A stretch of 20,000 bases of DNA, taken from contig KZ537967.1 in assembly GCA_000934665.2 (NCBI GenBank), positions 173,893 to 193,892 on the forward strand, written 5' to 3'. The DNA is from Catajapyx aquilonaris (lineage: Eukaryota). Position numbers and translations under genes: made by a program. A model generated the notes under the pieces. That model had not been told where the DNA came from, searched no databases, and was given only the letters and a program-made list of their open reading frames with translations. Below, piece after piece: positions 13,330 through 20,000 of the stretch (the first letter of the stretch is position 1; each line of letters starts with the position of its first letter).

Positions 13330-14829
13330 TTTTTGAAAAGGTCTTTCCTATATGCCTAAAAAATTCTTGGAAAAAAACGTGAAATATGAGGCAGAGTATA
13401 TGATGCCAGATCAAGCTCTGCACACTGCTGCCGCTCTCATGTGGACATGCACGTTGGTGATGAGACACCGTGGACAGATGATTTCTCATTATTTATTTAT
13501 TGCTTTAAGTTTAATATTTTGCTGGATATCAGGACAATGTTCACGGTTAGGTACAGCTGGTTCTGACGATCTCCCCAGGGTTCAGCAATTTCGCGACGTC
13601 CGATATCGGTCCAACGGGGAAGCCAAGACATCGTGGAGTCATTCCGATGTAAATAAATTCATGACCTGGTAATCGACTCTGTCAGTTAGCACCCCCCTGA
13701 CATAACCACGGAGCTCTCCAGAACAAAATCCTTTACCTCCCTTGCAAGCACCCCCCTTACAGCCCCCCAAAATAAATTGCATTGATGGGCATTTGGACCT
13801 CGGCGGATCATTAGAACCAGGCACCGCTTTGCAATCTCCTTAGCCGACTGCCCATTTGCCAAATGGATATAAAACCGAGTGGCACTCTTGCACTCAAACC
13901 TGCCCGTAAAAATGGCGATGGGTGTACAAAAAGTCCAGGCAGGACACGACAATTCGGACACAAAAATGGGGGGGGGAAGTTTGCGCCTTGGATTGTCATC
14001 GTCCCAAATTACTGGGACCGTGTCAAAATAGGGTGCTAATTAAACCGGAGCTGGGACAGACATTTACCGGATTTTCGCATATAAAAACAAGAGGGGGCGG
14101 CTCCAGGCTTTTTCAAATGAACGACGTCCCAGATACCTCCTGACTATTCCGACATGAAAAAAAAAAAGCCCGGGGACATTGTTGTCCCGGGAGGCGGTGT
14201 CAGATGCACCTGGCTCCAATAATCGACAGCGGCTAATTCTTTTCGGCGAAGGGCTGCAGCTTTTAGGATTTGCCCATCAAGTAATGGCCTGGATGGCTTA
14301 GTGACAGGTTTTTCCGGGAGTAAATCAATCCACCTCACCCCCCTTGTATAGAGTTACCTGAGGTAAACTAATCATTCACTGTCTTCAAAGTGGGGGGGAT
14401 TTCCTCATTCTTTTTGTTGCCTTAAGCGCACTCTTTAAGATTGGATATTGGGGAGTTAAAATTATTGGCATTTTTTGTAGCCTTGAGTAATCTGTGTGAT
14501 CGAATCATGCGGTACAGCCTGATGAATTACCGGTGACATATTGACATATTGTGGTGGTTATCCTAGACTAAAAAATGACAATCGGTTACTATTTTTCACG
14601 TCAATATTGAACAAAATGCAGCATTATTCAATTTTTCAACCGAAAATGCCCGTTTTTTTGCCAGAAATACGATATTCCTCCAACAGATGGCGCATACTCC
14701 CTGTCTGCACATTACTGCCACTCTCACGGTGCGAGAAATGTTGGTACTACATCCACTGGACAAACAAAGACACAGACGCCAATTTTATATCAAAATTACC
14801 TGCTTAACAATCGGTTTCTATTGTTTCAG

Positions 14830-14986
14830 AGCTGTTCCAGATAGACGGTCAGCAGTTGGCGGGGACCAAGTGCGACTATCAGTTTGTCAGCAGCAACAAT
14901 ACTGCCTCTCAGGGAAGGTTTTATTCTCCAAGGTATCCTTCCAGTTACCCCCAAAATATCAAATGTGCCTACACTTTTCACGCCAG
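14830..14986 (+). CDS. sol-1: Internal coding exon, N-terminal part of the next CUB domain
   Basis: Acceptor ttgtttcag|AG and donor AG|GTAAGC. The phase-1 junction with the previous exon (A+AG = Lys) keeps the frame: LFQIDGQQLAGTKCDYQFVSSNNTASQGRFYSPRYPSSYPQNIKCAYTFHAR, a classic CUB start (C...G.F.SP.YP..YP.N..C.Y.F). Confidence 0.92.
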
Positions 14987-15329
14987 GTAAGCTGCTTTCC
15001 ATATATTTTTGACTGTTTGAAAAACCCCGAGCAGTATTTCATCGCAATTTTCCACACTTAATTGTACCAATTCTTGGGGATAATTAAGGGTCGGTAACTG
15101 ATAGTCACGTCAGGTTACGTTCCTTTCTGAAGCTCAACACGAGTGTCAAGATCGGATTGCTAATGAAATTGAGGCCCGGTTTAGCTCCGGTTTCAACCAC
15201 ACGTGACAAGACTACAGTATCCGCGAGTATAAAAAAGTGGAGCAGCTGAGCCAAAAAGGGAGACAAAAATGCAAAAATGTATATGTCTCAGCAAGCCAAA
15301 AATTAAAATTTTTAACAATTGCACGAATA

Positions 15330-15514
15330 CACTGCAAATTTTTAATATTCATTTTGGGAATTTTATTCAGGCAAACTTACCTGCAGAAAAGTTTTTACCT
15401 GCAGAAAAAGTGCAGTTAGATGATTATTTTATTAAGTTTCTACCTGCATAAAACAATCTGCCCTGTCCCAATTTATGCAAATAGTGAATCTTTTTAAGGA
15501 TTAAAGTGTCAGTG
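15330..15514. mobile_element. Possible degenerate TA-flanked CACTG...CAGTG element with internal short repeats
   Basis: TA|CACTG at 15330 and CAGTG|TA at 15514. Three copies of TACCTGCA(G/T)AAAA inside (15378, 15396, 15441). Only weak further inverted similarity. Confidence 0.3.
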
Positions 15515-15550
15515 TATTATACATATTATACCGTAGCCTACTTTCAAATG

Positions 15551-15739
15551 CAGGGGGTGCAGATCGCGTTTTATTTTACAAAATAATGAGGTGAATAAAT
15601 GTGCAAAACGTAAGCAAAAATGTACTATACATAAACTCAGATATTAAAATGTCATTAATTATCTCACGTAACATCTTGTTGCGCATTTCTTCACCTTTTT
15701 GGAAAACTAACAGCACAAGAAACACGATCTGCACACCTG
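15551..15739. mobile_element. MITE-like non-autonomous DNA transposon (~190 bp)
   Basis: Left end CAGGGGGTGCAGATCGCGTTT versus reverse complement of the right end CAGGTGTGCAGATCGTGTTT. A second internal inverted pair is AGGTGAATAAATGTGCAA versus AGGTGAAGAAATGCGCAA (reverse complement). Flanks are TG and TA, possibly a mutated TA target duplication. Confidence 0.7.
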
Positions 15740-16094
15740 TACTCTACAGGTGAAGTGCACATTTTACAAAGTCATTTCCATTCCCCCTGCTCTTGCTTGC
15801 TGCCATATATTTTTGTAGATATATCAAAAACATCGTGGATGCACAAGTGGCCCGTTTTTGTTCGTTATAACGTGCGGGCAAAAAGGTAGTTCAGATTTCA
15901 TTTTAACAAGGTTAGCTATTGCCTAGTTGAAAGACTGCTCAGGCCACACAATGCAAACGAGTCGAGGGGCTCTTTTGGCGCCCGCACAATGGCTCGGTTT
16001 TGTTTGTTGGATTAAATTTCCCTCCAACCCCAGCAAAAGCACTGGTGCAGTTTGCTTGATGGCAAAACGAACTACACCTTCTTCATTTCCGCAG

Positions 16095-16154
16095 GTTACG
16101 TGAAAGGATAGTAATCGTGTTTGAAGAAGTGGCCTTACAACAGGGAGACATCAG
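16095..16154 (+). CDS. sol-1: 60-bp internal coding exon continuing the CUB domain
   Basis: Acceptor cttcttcatttccgcag|G and donor AG|GTAAGC. The phase-2 junction (AG+G = Arg) gives LRERIVIVFEEVALQQGDI, the expected CUB ER(I/V).I.F....L strand. Confidence 0.88.
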
Positions 16155-18361
16155 GTAAGCCTCTTTAATTGCTCTTTGTTTCAGGTGCGCAAATTGAATT
16201 TTCGTTCAATTATTCCTCCCCTGTACAGTATATATACATTGTCCCCCCTCTCTTTTTTGGGAGGGGGTTGTTGGCGAAATGCACCCAGTTTCCTAACTAC
16301 AATCTGTCACTGCCACTAGCAGTGGTTCCCACTTACATTTTAGGCCGGGGACACTATACAAAAGGGGGAAAACCGCGCAGGTCGGCAAAGGAAGAGTTCA
16401 ACCAGCAGCATCTGGCTCGGAGTAGTCGCGACATCCACTAGTTTTTTTGGGGGGCGAATAAAAAATTGCGAAATGTTTTTTGAACTGTTCGCAGACGAAA
16501 TCGCGGAGTTTTGTGGCGGGCTTGAAATGTTGGAGCGATTTATGAAAATGTGTACAGACATGAGTTTGGCCTAACGTAATACCACTGTTGTTTTCATAAG
16601 TTGTACTTTGTCACTTCAATTAATATATGTTGTTTTATTAATTTATTTTGATATCAATTTGCGGGACAATTTTGCAGTTATGATAAAATTATCCGGCATG
16701 AACATGTGGTGCAAACCTTAACACCATTTTTTTATATCATTACAATGGCATTGTTGTGCAGCGGTAACATTAACAATGCAATGTTTACCAAGGCTCGTGT
16801 AGAATGAGCGTACCTTCAATGATGCATCGATGTAACGCCGCTAAATCACCGAAGGACACAAAAACCTGTGTTGTTTAACAGTTTCACCAGGAACGTACAG
16901 AATTTTCATTATATGAAAACTGCTTTGTTATCCGAACAACCATATCGTACCTATTTTAAAAAAATTTAGTGCCATATTCACACAACTTTTTTTCCAGGAA
17001 AAAAACGCGTTTTCATGGCACGTATACAAATAGAAAAATGATGCAGGCACTGTTTTCGTTATTTCCATTTTTGCTGTAATTTTTGCAATCAAATTTCAAA
17101 GCTTGTAACTGGCAGGTTACTAGTTATTGCAAGCTGTTCTCTAAACGGAGCAGAAAAAGGGAAATTGCTTTTTTTTTGTATACTGACAAGTGAGTATACA
17201 AAATATCGGATTTAAAAGCAAGTACCCTCAGCAAGCACCATATGCGAAAATAAAAGTTGCACGAAATTGACTCAAAATATCAAGTAAAAATTGCAGAGTG
17301 ACCCAAATTGCTTTCCTGTTAATTTTTAATCAGTTACTTTTGGATTAACCACTAGTGGTTATTAGCTGCTAATATTAGGCTAGAGCCCAGAACTCACTTA
17401 ATAATGGATACAGGCCACATGAATGGTTCATGAGGACCCTCTGAAGTGTTCCGGGGAATATGTGTGTGTACCCAGGCCCCCCCCACTTTTACTTCTCTCG
17501 GACTGTTCCAGCTACTACCAACCCGTTCCTCCACCTCTTTCTCATTCTCTCACATAAATCATTGAGCGAGCGGTCAGCCTGGGAGGGGTTTTCATTGATG
17601 GATGCACTTCCTACTGAAAGCCAGGACTTAAAGTACTTTTCCGGGGGCGGAGGTTTCTCGCTCAACTTGTTTGCCCCCCAAAAGTTGCTTGCNACTAAAC
17701 GACCTCTAAGAAAAAATCCATTTTGATTTTCAAGTGAATTTTTTTTTTGCTCCTATACCTTTCTTTGCACAGTGTTTTAAGAATGGCTAGATTTGTCTGA
17801 GCACAAAAATGTATTATGTATGATCCAACAATTGCTTTTTTTTGACATGTCACTCAACCCAGAGTAGCCTGCTATATCGTCTGACAACATATATTTTGAA
17901 AATTATTTTAACTTCTGAAAGGTTTTGTTTCATCCTGACATAATGCAACCCAACGAACATGCTCGTTGCACATTTTTCTAATACTTGAAAAATTTAATCT
18001 ACATTTTTTTAAAGCAGTGGCTGTGAGGCCTATAAGATTTTTGGCCTCTGCATATCCTATTTTGCATCCAGCCACAGCCGTATATATTTCTATAAAAAAA
18101 TGTGACTTACGATTTCCGCGAGTACAAAAAAAAACTAGTTGCGTAATGATCGCTCCAGTAGGGTCGAATAATAGTCATGAGTTGTAAAAAAGCGAGCAGG
18201 CTTAACTTTCTTCGCGACCAGGCCAATTCTGGATTTACGACCTTGTCTTTATGCAGTTTTAGGCCATTAGTTGCAAAACGCAGTCGTTTCCTTGGACCCG
18301 AACCAAAAACGCTGCTGGAGTAGTATGCAAATCGTCTAAATCGGTATTCCAGTGGTGATAG

Positions 18362-18581
18362 TGTCAGGAACCCCCACCTGCGGGGTCCCTGGCTCCGTAC
18401 TAGCTCACGGGTTCAATCAAACACGGACACCGGATGAGGTATAAATGTAACTGTATTTGGCCACAGGCCCGCCTGCACACTCGCAAAGCGGGGAAGGGAA
18501 AGGGAAGAAGGCGAACCCCCTCCTCCGACATGGTTGCCACTTCCCGGCCACCACGTGGCGGAGGTGCCACATGGTGTCACA
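18362..18581 (-). repeat. Putative 3' LTR (220 bp)
   Basis: The - strand starts TGTGACA immediately after a purine tract and ends CCTGACA (TGT...ACA termini). It contains an AATACA polyadenylation-like hexamer (18457-18452) followed by GT-rich sequence. Only one copy is in the window. Confidence 0.68.
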
Positions 18582-18595
18582 ATCCCTCCCACTAC
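18582..18595 (-). promoter_or_regulatory. Polypurine tract (plus-strand primer site)
   Basis: The - strand reads GTAGTGGGAGGGAT|TGTGACA, directly abutting the LTR start. In the opposite orientation there is no TGG-type primer-binding site. Confidence 0.62.
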
Positions 18596-18750
18596 GCGAA
18601 GCATGAGCAGACACCTGCTCATGTCTCCAAAAACAAGGGAAAATGACCCAAGTGAACACAATGATAAAACATGAAAATGAGAAAAAAAAACGGATCCCTC
18701 CACCAAAACCCAATTGTCCACCACACTCCGACGTAACTGGCTCTTCATTG

Positions 18751-19443
18751 TCAGTCAGTTTCCTCCAAGAGCACCTTCTCCTCCTCTGCCGACACCTCCA
18801 TCCGCAGCGCAGCATCCGTGTCTCGTGCAGGCGGCATCGTCAGAGGCGCCGGCGCTGCTCCCAGTGACTCCCTCAGCTGGAGCAGCTCCCGCTGTAGTTG
18901 TAGCGCTTTTGCCGCAACAATCCCCACCGCCTCACCGTTGTTGAGGGCCCCCGTGCCCACGGGGATGTTGAGCAGCCGGAGGGTGGCCCTAGTCTCCTCC
19001 TCCGCCCGCCGCTTGGTCTCCGCCGCCGATACACTCTCCCTCCACCTCAAATAAGCACCAGCTGCCATGCGGTGGACCAGGGGCTCCTCCTCTCCCGCCG
19101 TGGCGAGCACGATGGGCGGCCCAGCCTCACGCACCTCCTCGTCCCTGGCCGGCTGGTATGCGGTCCCCGCCTGTGCGGTGCCCGACTTCGGGTGGGGGGC
19201 CGGGGTGTCCTTCCCCGTGATGATCCGGGGGGCGGCTGTCCGTACGTAGGGGAACGTCCTCGAGACGAAGGTGTGTCCTTCCAGGGGCGAACGACGCTCC
19301 GGGGCAGGAGACTGGCGGGACCTCGAAGACTCCCTGCTGCCTTGCTGTTTTGCGCCCCTCCCCGGGCGTCCCCTCGAAGATCCCCTACCTCTAGGTGCCG
19401 GGGTCTTCTGCTTGAGTGCTTTGGCGTAAGTTTGCTTTGGCAT
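18751..19443 (-). CDS. 230-aa hypothetical protein carried by the LTR element (basic RG/SR-rich N-terminus, predicted coiled coil, acidic tail)
   Basis: Uninterrupted ORF from ATG at 19443 (AAGATG, purine at -3) to TGA, with protein-like composition: MPKQTYAKALKQKTPAPRGRGSSRGRPGRG...AAKALQLQRELLQLRESL...EEEKVLLEETD. It is the longest convincing non-repeat ORF in the window. Confidence 0.65.
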   Translation of the reverse strand: MPKQTYAKALKQKTPAPRGRGSSRGRPGRGAKQQGSRESSRSRQSPAPERRSPLEGHTFVSRTFPYVRTAAPRIITGKDTPAPHPKSGTAQAGTAYQPARDEEVREAGPPIVLATAGEEEPLVHRMAAGAYLRWRESVSAAETKRRAEEETRATLRLLNIPVGTGALNNGEAVGIVAAKALQLQRELLQLRESLGAAPAPLTMPPARDTDAALRMEVSAEEEKVLLEETD

Positions 19444-20000
19444 CTTCGCTGTGAGCACGAGCAGACTTGGTTCCAGAGCAAAGGCTGGTACGGAAGTGGA
19501 GTGTGCAAGTACGACTCCCTACCGAGTGCGTCACTACCACCCCCCCAAAACGTCTGCCGCACCCTCCCCCCCCCCACTGCTTGTACCTCTCCAAGCAAGG
19601 GGGGTGGGTTTTTCCACTTAATCACCAAAAGAAAAGCTGACCCGCAACTTCCTTCAAGGTGACGGGGTGATGACCCTTCCACCCCAACCGACTCTTCCTT
19701 CCCTAGCAACAAGAAGAAAAAGCGGGCAATTTCCCCAAGCGCATTCCTGAACAGAAATAGATGCTTGGGTACCATTGCGACAACGGGCTGGCTTCACCCC
19801 GGCTCTACCCTGGGGTGCACCCTCCCGAAGAAAGGTGTGTCCTTGACCAAACCAGCCCTCCCGTTTGCATTCCCAACCGGAGGTGACACCCTCCCAATTT
19901 GGGAAAAAAAAGTCGTTCCTGCAAAGCTGCAAGACGCCCAGCGGGGATGGGTCTCTCATGCCAGGCAAAGGTCCCCCTTATGAACTAGCATGAGCATTGC

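Larger units (their letters stand above)
3392..14829 (+). other. 11.4-kb phase-1 GT-AG intron of the CUB gene
   Basis: Bounded by GTAAGC and tttcag. The flanking exons join in frame with no obviously missing CUB segment. Confidence 0.8.
14987..16094 (+). other. 1.1-kb phase-2 GT-AG intron
   Basis: GTAAGC ... ttccgcag; in-frame join HA-R-LRER. Confidence 0.87.
18362..20000 (-). mobile_element. 3' portion of a probable LTR retrotransposon, antisense to the host gene and running off the right edge
   Basis: Abrupt shift from AT-rich intron to GC-rich sequence at about 18362. On the - strand the order is non-coding region, 230-aa ORF, T-rich spacer, polypurine tract, TG...CA segment. The second LTR, gag and pol are not visible in the window, so superfamily cannot be assigned. 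Confidence 0.7.

Noticed and set aside
13686..13961. Tc1-like helix-turn-helix in GQSAKEIAKR
   Set aside because: Too short, with no DDE domain or terminal repeats nearby.
10063..17693. Single N bases at 10063 and 17693
   Set aside because: Assembly ambiguities, not biology.
17745..17800. Strong acceptor (ttctttgcacag at 17772) as the next CUB exon
   Set aside because: In the required phase it reads SVLRMARFV-stop, lacking the expected conserved Cys and D.I.V.DG motif.
19047..19983. ORFs 19047-19775 (-), 19072-19662 (+), 19654-19968 (-) and 19765-19983 (+)
   Set aside because: Shadow frames of GC-rich sequence with no integrase, RT or Gag motifs.

Overview
Eukaryotic (most likely invertebrate animal) genomic DNA, mostly intronic. 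Three phase-compatible + strand exons (3177-3391, 14830-14986, 16095-16154; canonical cag acceptors, GTAAGC donors) splice into the second half of one CUB domain and the first half of the next. The peptide resembles arthropod SOL-1 (suppressor of lurcher-1)-like tandem-CUB proteins, and the gene extends beyond both window edges. The introns contain a ~20-bp minisatellite built on TATCGATA (about 10211-10845), a probable tRNA-derived SINE (- strand, about 7530-7767) and several MITE-like inverted repeats (best case 15551-15739). From 18362 to the window end lies what appears to be the 3' end of an LTR retrotransposon inserted antisense to the host gene. It has a 220-bp TG...CA LTR, a polypurine tract, and an intact 230-aa ORF next to the 3' LTR that looks like neither Env nor integrase; this is the most interesting feature. 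Most ORFs in the supplied track are spurious.
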